Shown: positions 24,535 to 35,522 of the stretch, in pieces
How positions within the stretch are numbered: position 1 is the stretch's first letter
How the letters are laid out: the number at the start of each line of letters is the position of its first letter
Source: Albugo candida
Taxonomy: Eukaryota
Direction: 5' to 3'
NCBI GenBank assembly: GCA_040437565.1
Contig: JBDOQK010000001.1
Coordinates: 372,001-436,000 of the forward strand
DNA length: 64,000 nucleotides
Made by a program: the position numbers and the translations under genes
The notes under the pieces: model-generated
Seen by the model: the letters and a program-made list of their open reading frames with translations, nothing else
The model's database searches: none
What the model was told of the DNA's origin: nothing

Positions 24535-26901
24535 TTAGCGCTTTTGAAGCAAACTCAATGCGACATTTTCATGATCTGTGATACTGGAATGCGCGTTCAT
24601 ACAATGATCCTCTGAATCGGCATCGGTGCTGCTGGCGTCACCCTCCGTGCTCTCACTCTCATCTGAACCAGCGGTGTTCAATTGAACGCTATTCGACGCA
24701 AAGTCTTCAGACTGATCCAAAGCACCTTTCATTTTAAGTCGTTTCTTCTGATGTTTGGCTCGAATACGCTCTTTCTCACGTTTTCGATCTTCGGATTCCT
24801 GTTCTTTCAGACGTGCGGCGACTTTGGCTGCAAATGCTTCCGATTGAGCCTCAAGATCTCGTATGCTCGTTTCAGCTTGATACTCTTGCGTGGCGATTTG
24901 CTCCAGTGGATTCACCATATTTCCTTCATCATCGAATACTTTTCTCGAAGAGTTGTGTACATCCAAACGGATTTTCTTATGCTTTTTTCTTTCCCGAGTG
25001 TCAGAGACAGCAACAGGAATCTCATCGTCCGGTTCATAGCGACATCTTACAGTCAAAAATGCGTCCTCATCCAAAGTACTCGACTCGGGCAATGGCATTT
25101 CCGCATCGGGTTTTGAAGCCTTTGAAGACTCTCTCGCCTGTCTCTTGCGCTGTTTTTCAGCTTTGATTTTATCTTTCAATTGCTGAAGTTTACGATTAAC
25201 ATTTTTCTTCGCACGTAACTCTGCCCGCAGGTTTTCTCCATTCACATCTGTTTCAGCGTCTTGCAGCTGATCCAAAAATGCCATTCGAGGAGCTCCAAGC
25301 AGCCCAAGTGATTGAGCAAACGCATCAAGTGGGAGTTTGGACGTCTGAAACACTTTCTTATCGGGCTGCAGGAAAATCGATCGAACATACGACATGAAGG
25401 CTTTCTGAGCGTTCGTTTTAATTTCTTTATCGGCCGCAAGTATCGATTGAATTTTCTGTTGGTAGTCGGACGTCTTTTGTGGATTGATTTTCAGTTCTTT
25501 GATCTCAATTTTGGCCTCTTCCAACGCTTGCTTCATCCCTTGGACTTCGCTCGGTAGTAAACAAAGCAAAGCTTTGCCTTGGCTGTTGTACCGTGCAGTT
25601 CGACCGACGCGATGTATGTAACTCGCCACATTTTCTGGACAATCCATTTGGAAGACCCAATTGACAGATGGGAAATCGAGACCTCTTGCAGCGATATCCG
25701 TTGCAAACATGACAGCTGCAGGCTTATTGAGAAACTCATAATATATCTCCACTCGTTTTCCTTGTTTGTACTTTCCGTGCAGTGCACATAGCGGCACTCC
25801 GGGCTGTAATTTGCAGAGCAATTGGTACACAAATCGAACCTGACGACACGTTGAGAGGAAAACGATTGTTTTCTGCTTTAGATGAGATTTTATGAAAGCG
25901 ATGAGAATATTCAATTTGGCTCCTAAATCGCAGACGACATAATTCTGAGTCAGTCCGTGCGGTGTTGCGTGCTTGGATTGCTCATGAACAGCGATATATT
26001 CGGGCTCATTCAGACTCAAAGTGGCTAAATGTTTAATCGATTTCGTCTGTGTTGCTGAGAATAACAGTGTTTGACGTTCGACTGGCAAATACGTTAATAT
26101 GCTATTCACTTGCGCGCTAAAGCCCATATCCATTATACGATCCGCTTCATCCAAAACGAGCATTTGGAGTGTCGAAACATCAAAGTTTGGGGTCTGTTCC
26201 AAATGCTGAAGTAATCGTCCGGGTGTACACACAATTATATTCATTTTGCCCAGACGGAATTGCTCCTCCTTGAAATTCTTACCGCCAATGATAAGACCTG
26301 CTGAGAAGGAGTGTGTTTTCCCGATAGACCGTAAGACTTCAAATATTTGCAGAGCTAATTCTCTTGTCGGTGAGATAATTAATGCGCCAAGCCCTTCGGA
26401 GGAATCCCAACGCGATCGATAGAGTTTCTCGAGTAAAGGAATCAGAAATGCTGCACGTAGATGAAAGTTGCGAATGAGCGATTCAGTGATGTGCCTTTGA
26501 TCAGTACGCACCTAAAGTCTTCCCGGACCCCGTCTTTGCTGCTCCGAGAATATCACGTCTGAATAGAGTCATTGAGGCGGAAGAAAGAAATTGCAGTAAT
26601 TGGAAAGGCTTACCCGGCCAGTGCGTGTGGTATTGCTCCCATTTGTATTTTAGTCGGTTTTGTGAGTTTGCATTTCTGTAGCCCTGCGTTTCACACTGTC
26701 ATTGGATTATTGGAGCAGATGCATGCATTGTTTCTTACCTCGTTTTGTAGCTTCTGACAAGGGAAATGCATCGAAGGAATTGATACCATCAATTTGAGAC
26801 CCTCGTGAAGGTGTACTCTCTTTGATTTTGCGATCTAATGCTTCTATCTCGACTTTTTCGCGCTCATTTTGTCGTAATTCCCATGATGCTTCTGTCGCCA
26901 T
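24535..26901 (-). CDS. DBP4: DEAD-box RNA helicase DBP4/DDX10, 4 exons
   Basis: Spliced 5' exons give Q-motif 'FDAFPLS..KPTKIQ..AIP' and 'AKTGSGKTLAF'. Also 'SPTRELA', 'DEADRIMDMGF', 'SAT', 'HRVGRTAR' and DBP4-type 'AQKAFMSYVRS...SLGLLGAP'. Confidence 0.92.
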
Positions 26902-26944
26902 GAGCCAATACGTTCGTAACGCGTTACTAACTGATATAAAGGAT

Positions 26945-26961
26945 GGAAGGTGGAAAATGAC
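26945..26961 (-). promoter_or_regulatory. Possible oomycete Inr/FPR-like core promoter of DBP4
   Basis: Minus strand GTCATTTTCCACCTTCC lies ~45-60 nt upstream of the ATG and resembles the oomycete TCATTYYNCA initiator. Confidence 0.35.
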
Positions 26962-26996
26962 ATTTCGCAAGACAGAACGTTTGTATTGGAATTGAA

Positions 26997-28521
26997 TTAG
27001 AAGCTATTGCAACACCAGCTAAGTCGACTTTGTTTAATGTGTGTGGTGTCTGTCGGACGAATTGTTCCGCGATCCTCTTTCTTTTTTTCGAATATATCTT
27101 GATGTTTCAGAACGCCTTCAATAAGAGCTTTGATTGCAGCATCAATGTTGGTATTCTCTTTCGCCGATGTATCGAACCACGCAGTGAATCCATTGGATTC
27201 AGAGAAAGAAGTGAGAAAATCACGATCGACAGTATCGGTAAGATCGCACTATATCAGCCACAGGTGAATTACCGATAGAAAAGTGGTCACAAGTACCTTA
27301 TTGCCACAGAGAACCACAGGAAGTGGTTTTTGGTTGGGCAGTTCCACCTAAGCNNNNNNNNNNNNNNNNNNNNNNNNNNNNNNNNNNNNNNNNNNNNNNN
27401 NNNNNNNNNNNNNNNNNNNNNNNNNNNNNNNNNNNNNNNNNNNNNNNNNNNNNTGGATTCAGAGAAAGAAGTGAGAAAATCACGATCGACAGTATCGGTA
27501 AGATCGCACTATATCAGCCACAGGTGAATTACCGATAGAAAAGTGGTCACAAGTACCTTATTGCCACAGAGAACCACAGGAAGTGGTTTTTGGTTGGGCA
27601 GTTCCACCTAAGCGAATATTGAGTATCATATAACGTTTATCTTTGCACCATTCGGACCTTTGTTTCGATTTCCTTTTTCCACTGTAAAGGATCACAGCTT
27701 GATGAGTTGCTTGGAGCATAATATAGATAGAACGTACCTTCAAAACACTCTCAAACGTTTCTGGACTCGAGATATCATATACCAATATAGCTCCCAAAGC
27801 ATCTTTGTAGTAAACCTATCCAGATCAAATTGCGAGAAAAACAGGATCAGAGGCTCTGACGGAACTTACTCGACTTAATGCGCGAAAATGCTCTTGTCCT
27901 GATAGAAAATCAGCCTTTGAGAATGCATCGATGGATTATGGTNNNNNNNNNNNNNNNNNNNNNNNNNNNNNNNNNNNNNNNNNNNNNNNNNNNNNNNNNN
28001 NNNNNNNNNNNNNNNNNNNNNNNNNNNNNNNNNNNNNNNNNNAACACTCTCAAACGTTTCTGGACTCGAGATATCATATACCAATATAGCTCCCAAAGCA
28101 TCTTTGTAGTAAACCTATCCAGATCAAATTGCGAGAAAAACAGGATCAGAGGCTCTGACGGAACTTACTCGACTTAATGCGCGAAAATGCTCTTGTCCTG
28201 ATAGAAAATCAGCCTTTGAGAATGCATCGATGGATTATGGTGTATAGACTTCACCTGCGATGTCCCACAATTGCACTCTCACTGTTGTTCCATTCACAGT
28301 CGCAGCTTTAAGAGAAAAGTCGACGCCAATTGTTGTCTGATGATGCTCGGCAAAGCTGCCATAAACATATCTAGAGACGCAGTTTGACAGTAAGAACTCC
28401 ATACACACATTCCTGCTCTTCACCTTTTTATTATACTCGATTTTCCAGTCGCAGCGTCGCCCAATACAAGGACTTTTATCACAGCATCTTGCGCTGGATT
28501 CACAATGCGTTCTTCGCTCAT
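26997..28521 (-). CDS. RAB32: Rab32/38-family small GTPase, multi-exon (two exon blocks falsely duplicated around gaps)
   Basis: 'IKVLVLGDAATGKSS', 'TTIGVDF', Rab32-type 'WDIAGQE', 'VELPNQKPLPVVLCGNKCD', 'WFDTSAKEN' and C-terminal 'WCCNSF*' prenylation motif. Confidence 0.88.
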
Positions 28522-28675
28522 TTTCTACACTTTATATTTGGGCATTCTTTATATCCATCTATAGAGGGTATAAATGCACGCAGTATAGATATCGAAAATG
28601 CGCCAAAGGAAACCTTGTCATGCTTGTCATTATTTATAATTATAAATACACACACTCCTTCCAATACATCACACT

Positions 28676-31600
28676 TTACGCATTCTTTGTCCCGCGCACT
28701 GATTTAATCATATTCTTCAATGATCTTCTTCTCTTTTCCGGTGAGAACAAGCGATCTGAATGACGCACAAACGGAATCAACGGAACTTCAACTTTTCTCT
28801 CCGCATTCTCATCTTCGGAAAACGCGTACCCAAAGTACTCTTCTCTATTTTGTCGCAAATAAGAGCCATTATCAAATGATTTCGAGCTTTCCAGAGGCTC
28901 AGGAGACACCGATAACAACGCTCCACGCACACGAAGACGATGCGCTTCTGACTGTTTCGTAGACGTTTCTATCAACTTTTCAGATAAAGAAGAGCAATGT
29001 AAATCGCCTGTTTCCTCATCAGCGCAAAATTTGCGAGCATACTCCAAGAAAGGAGACTGTGAATCCGCTCGAGATCGATTTCTTCCAAGTGTTGGGAATA
29101 AGCTCCGTGGTGACGTCGTAAGACATAATTTTTCACGTTCCTGGAGGATGTGATACGTGGAAGGAAACGCTATCCGTCGGAGAAGCTTCCACAAACAATC
29201 TCTAAATAAAGCGATTGCCGACGTGAGCACGATAAGGATCCAAAAAGAAGAAAGATGTTGAAGATATGTCATTTCTCCGACCGCGTAAAGCACTCCGATT
29301 TGAGGCGAACCGATCAAATTACCCACAAGGAACCACAACGCAATGGAAATGAGTACTGTGAGCACAAATGGCCACGTGATGAGAAATGTCTCCAAACAGA
29401 GTTTCAAATTCACAATAATAACCAAATTTGTAAAGACAATCAGTCCAATTGTATTGATTCCATCCATCTTTCCATTTTGATCGATTCCCGAAGGATTGAC
29501 GCTGTCATTAGAGTTGTGGAGCCATTTGGTGCCGTACACTGTGAGCGCGGAAAGGAAGAAAATAACAATCGAATGCCACATACCATTCAGAATCCACGGC
29601 CAAAACACTTTTCGTTGAAGTAACACATTCTGCTGCCCGAGAGCGTAGAGTGATGGTACCTTGGATGCACTTTCCGAAGATACGTCTTGATCGAATACAG
29701 CAAAGAAAATGAGCGGAAGACTTGTGTATAAGACGTTAAAACTCTGAGCGGCCACATCGACAATCAGCGGTTGGCCAGAGAACCCGCTGACAAAGCCAAA
29801 CCAAAATGTCGTCAGCACATACGTGACGTTCTTGTACAGCATGTAGCACATCAACTTGGTGACACGTCGGTACGCCCAGCGTCCGTGCACAAACAACAGA
29901 CGCTGAAGGAATCGAAATTCCGCGATCGCATAGTCGGAAGCATTGACAGCTTGAGTTCCTTCTTTACCGGATATTCCAACGCCAATATGAGCTGCCTGGA
30001 TCATTCCAACGTCATTGGCACCGTCTCCTATTGCCAGTGTTACGCTCTTTGGCTCCAAAAGCCTCACAAGTTCAACGACATTTGCCTTTTGCTTTGGGGA
30101 TGCACGACAACAAATGACTGTGGCGCTATTCTGAGTGATGGAATGAAATACTTTGCGCAAGCGTGGGGATAACGCGTAGTCGAGCGAGCATCCATCAATG
30201 ACCAACGCAAATTCTGAGGGATTATATCGATCATCAGCAGGTCCGAGCAGCGTTTGCTCCTCTGCGGGCACTCCATCGTGATCATCCAACGTGTGTTGGC
30301 CATTTGAATTGGATGATAATCGAGACAGTTTTCTACGTCGAGACTTTTTGAATCGACAAATTCGACCGAGTTTAAGCCTCCAATAGCGCCAAACTCCTCC
30401 CTGTCGAAGCTGCGAGGTGGATTGATTCCTTGTCCGCCAAAAACGAGAGTCGGAATGTGCATGCAAGTCTCCTTTTGCGTGAAATTGAGTCACTAGCGCA
30501 TGTAATGCTCGTGAGGTCGATGGATAGTCTTCCGTGGTGATCTGTTTCACAGTCATATTGTGTGACAGCAAGCAAGAGGCATACCCGATATTGATCGCAG
30601 TTTCCACCTTATCGCCTGTGAGTGTCCATATTTTCATATGTGTCTGTCGGAAGAGTCCGAGTGTCTTTGGTACGCCATCCTGAAGCTTATCTTGGACAGC
30701 AGTGACACCCAAGAAAGTCATATCTCGCTCCATCTCATTGACAATCGCGTGGACATTGGATGTCTCTCTATTGTGGCCCGAAGAATCGACTTTTTGCGAC
30801 TGCGATGTGAGATATCGACTGTGCCACTCATCGAATTCTTTCCTTTCTAACGCTTTGTAGGCGAGACACAGAGTTCGCATACCGCATTTCGCATACAGTG
30901 ACAGCTGCGTGTACGCTTTCTGCTTCGTTGCTTCTTCAGTGTGACGATCTAACCGCTGGAAAATCACACTATCGGCCCCTTTGCAAAGCAGTAAGACTTG
31001 TTTCTCGGGAGTTTCCACAAAGACGGACATTCGTTTACGATCACTATCGAATTCCAACGTTGCAAGTGATTTGTATAATTGCGGGGACGGATACCCAGGC
31101 TCTAAAAGCACCATAGAAGACAGCGTTCGATGCACAAAGCGCACATTACAGAACGCGGCTGCTGATGCGAGCGCCAACTCATCCGGAGACGAGGCCGAAT
31201 ACACAGGCACAGCTGCCGAGCACGTTTCATTGAACGATTTCGTGGGAAGAAGTGTGTGGCAAAGCGCAAGATGACGAAGAAACAGTCGAATTGTCTCACT
31301 CTGTGAGTCTTGGCGACTCGCATCCGCCAAAAGCTCCTGAGGATCGAATTGGACGTAAGGATTCTCAGAGCTGATGTTTGAGACGTACTCATCGTCTGAT
31401 TGAGATTCTTCTAAATGACCACCGTAATTCTTGTTCCCGACCAAACAGTACCGAAAGACCATCAGATTTTGCGTCAGTGTGCCTGTCTTATCGGTGAAAA
31501 TGTGGTGAACTCGCCCAAGATCTTCATTGAGAGCCGATGATCTCACTGTCGCCGGAGTGTCTGAGATCGGGTCATACATGCTCAAATCTTGCTGCATAAA

Positions 31601-32941
31601 GTAAGCTTGCCAGTATTTCACAAACTCCAGCGACACATTTAGTGAGATGGGTACGAAATTCTGCATTATGATAAAGTATCTCAGATGCAGTCGCATCAAT
31701 TCAGCCACAGAGAATGTCGCGGTATGACTTGAATCATTCAAATTGATGGCAATTTCATCGTCGATGTGCAGATACCAATGATTCCATCCGCTGTAAAGTA
31801 TCCATGTAGCTCCAAATAAGGCTCCAAGGAAGCAGATGGCTTGCTGGATGCACACAATGACGATTATCAGTGTATTGAGCCTATTCTCAACGGATGATAC
31901 TTTGACTTGCGGGCGCTTATTACTGCAAAATACTTTTGTTTCGTGTCCTGTATATACGACGATACCAACAATCGATCGAGTATTACGCAACACGCAACTT
32001 CGCAGTAGCGTTTGTTTGGACGTTAAGGCGAACTCAACTTTGATGAATTCTTCCGACTGTTGTATCACTTTATAGTTGTTCACATTTGTATTTTCTTGTT
32101 CGAAAGAAGAAGAAATTCGCACACCAGCTCGTTCGCCTTCGGAACGACTCAATCGGAGTGTCATGTACCCATCAAATACATTGATCCGGTCATTTGGCGG
32201 GTCACAATCGATTGAGCCCGACAGTTTGAGCACAAAATCGTCCGATTTCTCGCAAAGTTGCCCAATAACTGAATTCGCCGTACGAAGTTTCAAGTTTGTC
32301 TCTCCATCCAGCGACTTTGTTTCCACGTATGCCACCGCATCGGCACACTGATTTTCATAACCAGATGCTTTATCGTCTATTCCATTGATTTTTGTGAGAG
32401 CTTTCTCGGCGCTATGATCGTTTTTGCTTTCAATATATAAGAGAATTAAATCGGCCGGAATCGTCTGATCTTGATTCACACGAATGATATCTCCGACTTG
32501 GATTTCTTCCCAGTGCTTTGTTTTCCACTCATTGGAAGCATCCAGCGCCATAACCCGTTTCTGGTTCGTAATACGATCCGCTCGATGTCTTTCGCGGTCT
32601 TCGAGCGCTTCTTTCAGCGCGCTGCATAGAAACACAACAGAGAGAGGTAACAGTATGGTCGGAAATCCATTCGTATTGCTTATGTCTTTGATCGATTGCA
32701 ACAGCGCGATAAAAAGAAAATATAAATTGCTTGGTCGTTTCATTTGGGCATACAAAACACGCGGAAGAAAAGTGTACATTGTGTATTTGGAACTGATCAC
32801 AACATTTGATGCAAACGGAGAAATCGACTGCTTTTTGGTGTTTTTGTGAGAGGATGTCACATTAACTGTGTGTGTGTGAGCTTTGTGCAATACGTTTCTA
32901 TCGAAAGCGATATGGCGGCGCTCAGTGTCAGATGCCGACAT
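28676..32941 (-). CDS. P4-type ATPase (phospholipid flippase), single ORF of 1421 aa
   Basis: 'LDGETNLK', 'FVPISL', 'DKTGTLTQN', 'SPDELAL', 'KGADS', 'LTGDK', 'GDGANDV' and C-terminal 'GYAFS'. Confidence 0.97.
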   Translation of the reverse strand: MSASDTERRHIAFDRNVLHKAHTHTVNVTSSHKNTKKQSISPFASNVVISSKYTMYTFLPRVLYAQMKRPSNLYFLFIALLQSIKDISNTNGFPTILLPLSVVFLCSALKEALEDRERHRADRITNQKRVMALDASNEWKTKHWEEIQVGDIIRVNQDQTIPADLILLYIESKNDHSAEKALTKINGIDDKASGYENQCADAVAYVETKSLDGETNLKLRTANSVIGQLCEKSDDFVLKLSGSIDCDPPNDRINVFDGYMTLRLSRSEGERAGVRISSSFEQENTNVNNYKVIQQSEEFIKVEFALTSKQTLLRSCVLRNTRSIVGIVVYTGHETKVFCSNKRPQVKVSSVENRLNTLIIVIVCIQQAICFLGALFGATWILYSGWNHWYLHIDDEIAINLNDSSHTATFSVAELMRLHLRYFIIMQNFVPISLNVSLEFVKYWQAYFMQQDLSMYDPISDTPATVRSSALNEDLGRVHHIFTDKTGTLTQNLMVFRYCLVGNKNYGGHLEESQSDDEYVSNISSENPYVQFDPQELLADASRQDSQSETIRLFLRHLALCHTLLPTKSFNETCSAAVPVYSASSPDELALASAAAFCNVRFVHRTLSSMVLLEPGYPSPQLYKSLATLEFDSDRKRMSVFVETPEKQVLLLCKGADSVIFQRLDRHTEEATKQKAYTQLSLYAKCGMRTLCLAYKALERKEFDEWHSRYLTSQSQKVDSSGHNRETSNVHAIVNEMERDMTFLGVTAVQDKLQDGVPKTLGLFRQTHMKIWTLTGDKVETAINIGYASCLLSHNMTVKQITTEDYPSTSRALHALVTQFHAKGDLHAHSDSRFWRTRNQSTSQLRQGGVWRYWRLKLGRICRFKKSRRRKLSRLSSNSNGQHTLDDHDGVPAEEQTLLGPADDRYNPSEFALVIDGCSLDYALSPRLRKVFHSITQNSATVICCRASPKQKANVVELVRLLEPKSVTLAIGDGANDVGMIQAAHIGVGISGKEGTQAVNASDYAIAEFRFLQRLLFVHGRWAYRRVTKLMCYMLYKNVTYVLTTFWFGFVSGFSGQPLIVDVAAQSFNVLYTSLPLIFFAVFDQDVSSESASKVPSLYALGQQNVLLQRKVFWPWILNGMWHSIVIFFLSALTVYGTKWLHNSNDSVNPSGIDQNGKMDGINTIGLIVFTNLVIIVNLKLCLETFLITWPFVLTVLISIALWFLVGNLIGSPQIGVLYAVGEMTYLQHLSSFWILIVLTSAIALFRDCLWKLLRRIAFPSTYHILQEREKLCLTTSPRSLFPTLGRNRSRADSQSPFLEYARKFCADEETGDLHCSSLSEKLIETSTKQSEAHRLRVRGALLSVSPEPLESSKSFDNGSYLRQNREEYFGYAFSEDENAERKVEVPLIPFVRHSDRLFSPEKRRRSLKNMIKSVRGTKNA

Positions 32942-33035
32942 GCTTGACGTACGGTTATAGATTATCAGATTGATTAGGAGTCTCGGTCCGGTTCGATACA
33001 GCGGTTAGAGCACACTGTGGGCCATTTTCGGTGGT

Positions 33036-35021
33036 ATGGATGAAGAAACATGTGAAAATCCAAACTTGTGTCTATCGACAGATTCACTGTACGAATCCAG
33101 CGAATGGGTAAAATGCAGTCTCGACTCTATGGAGAGTATTGCAGTTGAAACAGAAAACGAAATAAGGCAACTCGAGTGTTTGTATACTAATAGTATAAGA
33201 AATGCAAATGGCATTGATATCGATAGAAATACTAAAAAAGCTTTGGGTCGTTTTACGATTCGAATTGGAAAAATCACTGAATTTGAGGACATTATTCGGC
33301 AACATCCATTGTTAGCACATGTGAAAGACTCATTACAATTGTACTTAACGGCAACTATCGGTCCTTCGGAAACATGTGAGAAGTTGATGAATCGATGTAA
33401 GCGAAGTAAAGCAGTTTCAATTGTAACAAACAGCCAAATGATTGCATGGGACGAGTTGATTACATTCGAAGGCATCAGGTCAAAAAAAGCAGATGTCAAA
33501 GTAGTCATACTTTGCAAGTCTAAGATGCTTGCAGATATCGCTCTTGGAGAAATCCATTTAAGTTGTATGCAATATCTTGATCAAAAAACACACGCCGGAT
33601 GGTTTTCTGTGAAGGGCTCACCAGTCGATAATAAGCATAAACAGCGCCAAGCCAAATTGCATCTTGAAGTCAGTTTCGAGTATGATGCAATGAGTCGATA
33701 TGAAGAAATATTGAAAGAAAAACGCATGAAGAAGAAGAATTTGGAGGAAGCACTTCAATTATACAGTGAAAATGCACCAAAAGTACAGGCAAACAATCGA
33801 CATCCTGCAGCATTTGGTATAGAAGCTGTCAATTCAGATTTATACATCCCTGGTTTCAAGTTCACCGTTGATGCGCATCATCCTGGAGCAGTTCAAGAAG
33901 CTCCACTTCCAGATAAAAGTCGCGTTGAAACCCCATATGGACGCGGTGTTGTCATTTGTTATCGGAAAGTGTCAAAAATCTATGTTATCCAGCTTGACCC
34001 ACATCTCTCAGGACAGGCATCTTCATGCGCATATTTGCAAAGAGATTTTGTGAGAGATGAACCAGAGTATCCAATTCTTAAGGTTTTTTCAACAGTCTTG
34101 ACGCCATATGGACTTGGTCAAATCGTAGAGATCCGAGAAAAGGATGGATTCGTCGTCGTACAGGCACCATTCGGAAAAGTGTATATCCAAAGAAATGAAA
34201 TTCGGGCGCCTCCAAAGTCCGTTGATACCATGACGACAAAAGAGTTAATAGATGAAGCAGTATCTACCACTGAAAAAGGAAACGAACTTTACAAACAAAG
34301 TAAACTCGACAATGCTGTCTTCACGTATCTGAAATCGCTGGATTATTTAGAACGAGTGAAACAACAAACGGCAACCCACAAACAGAAAGCCATCATACTC
34401 AAGACGATGGTTCGATGCCACCTGAATATAGGCGCTTGCAAGTTGAAGACGGACGCTTTTGAGCACGCAAGTACCGCATGCACTAACGCCATCAATATCC
34501 TCACCATTTTACTGGAAAATCGTAGTGGCCATGTCGTGAATTGGATGGCTCGATTAGGTATTACGGAACAACTTCTTTTCTCAGATTGGCCAGCTAAAGC
34601 GCGCTTCCGTCGAGCCCAGGCCTACGTGAAAATGCACAAGTACAGTGATGCGCGAGAGGATCTAATTGCCGCGATTCGACTTAATCCAAAAGATAAATCG
34701 TGTCGAGTATTGTTGAAGCACGTCAACGTCCTATACTCGGAACAAAAGGATAATGAGAAGCAAACTTGGGGCGGGATTTTCGAGAATGTTGGTGCTGATG
34801 AAAAAGGAAACGAAGAGAAAGAGCAATTTAAAGAAAAGAAAATATTTGGTTCAAGCGACAATGAATTACCTGAGACACGAGCTGAAAATTTGGATGCAAC
34901 AGCTGCTTCAGCGTCTGATGGACACAGCGATATATTCATCAAGACACTCGTCAGCGTGTCAATTTTTTCAGTTTCTGTGGCAACCTTTGCTTTCCTTGCT
35001 TTTAGGCGTAAACATCTGTAA
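33036..35021 (+). CDS. C2-domain / TPR protein with repeated TPYG beta-modules and a C-terminal membrane anchor
   Basis: C2-like 'WDELITFEG...DIALGEIHL...GWF...KLHLEVSF'; repeats 'VETPYGRGVV', 'VLTPYGLGQI', 'QAPFGKVY'; TPR 'EKGNELYK..A...Y', 'HLNIGAC.LK', 'KARFRRAQA..DL..AIRLNP'; hydrophobic tail followed by RRKHL. Confidence 0.8.
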   Translation: MDEETCENPNLCLSTDSLYESSEWVKCSLDSMESIAVETENEIRQLECLYTNSIRNANGIDIDRNTKKALGRFTIRIGKITEFEDIIRQHPLLAHVKDSLQLYLTATIGPSETCEKLMNRCKRSKAVSIVTNSQMIAWDELITFEGIRSKKADVKVVILCKSKMLADIALGEIHLSCMQYLDQKTHAGWFSVKGSPVDNKHKQRQAKLHLEVSFEYDAMSRYEEILKEKRMKKKNLEEALQLYSENAPKVQANNRHPAAFGIEAVNSDLYIPGFKFTVDAHHPGAVQEAPLPDKSRVETPYGRGVVICYRKVSKIYVIQLDPHLSGQASSCAYLQRDFVRDEPEYPILKVFSTVLTPYGLGQIVEIREKDGFVVVQAPFGKVYIQRNEIRAPPKSVDTMTTKELIDEAVSTTEKGNELYKQSKLDNAVFTYLKSLDYLERVKQQTATHKQKAIILKTMVRCHLNIGACKLKTDAFEHASTACTNAINILTILLENRSGHVVNWMARLGITEQLLFSDWPAKARFRRAQAYVKMHKYSDAREDLIAAIRLNPKDKSCRVLLKHVNVLYSEQKDNEKQTWGGIFENVGADEKGNEEKEQFKEKKIFGSSDNELPETRAENLDATAASASDGHSDIFIKTLVSVSIFSVSVATFAFLAFRRKHL

Positions 35022-35522
35022 GATAAATAGTAGATTTCTTTCTGAAGGAAGCGGGCATGAAAAAATGTTTCAGTTAGCTCGAGTCATTTCCGCTGCTGAT
35101 TTCTTGTTCGAATTTCAGCTTCAAATTGCATAATGTAAATGACACAAGTGGACGCATAGGGATGTGTGGATGGAAGTGATATACACTGCGTACAAGAAAT
35201 GGCTACATTTCGCTGACGCCATCAGCTTTTCGCGTCCTTGTCGCTTTCGGGTTATGCTGAATGTCCCATATATATATAGTAGACAGTTGATAGTGCCCTA
35301 ATTGCAGGGTACGCGCTCGAAAATTTTGGAGTACCAGGAGACGGTTATGCGCTGGGAGCTTACTTCCAAATTTGTTGTCATTGTCTGTATCTATTCGATG
35401 TGTATACTCAACCAACTGCGCTTGAGAATATTTGAGAAAGTTGATTCATTCTGCAATCTTCCCAGCTGCACAAACATTGCAAAGAGTTGTATTGCATGAG
35501 GCTACAAACATACCCGTGAAAC

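Noticed and set aside
28720..33517. Many antisense or overlapping ORFs within the P4-ATPase and C2-TPR genes
   Set aside because: Shadow ORFs of real coding sequence, with no motifs.
18944..35021. Apparent membrane-trafficking cluster (TBC GAP, Rab32, flippase, C2-TPR)
   Set aside because: These are common gene classes interleaved with unrelated genes (ACBP, DBP4). Nothing in the sequence shows functional linkage.
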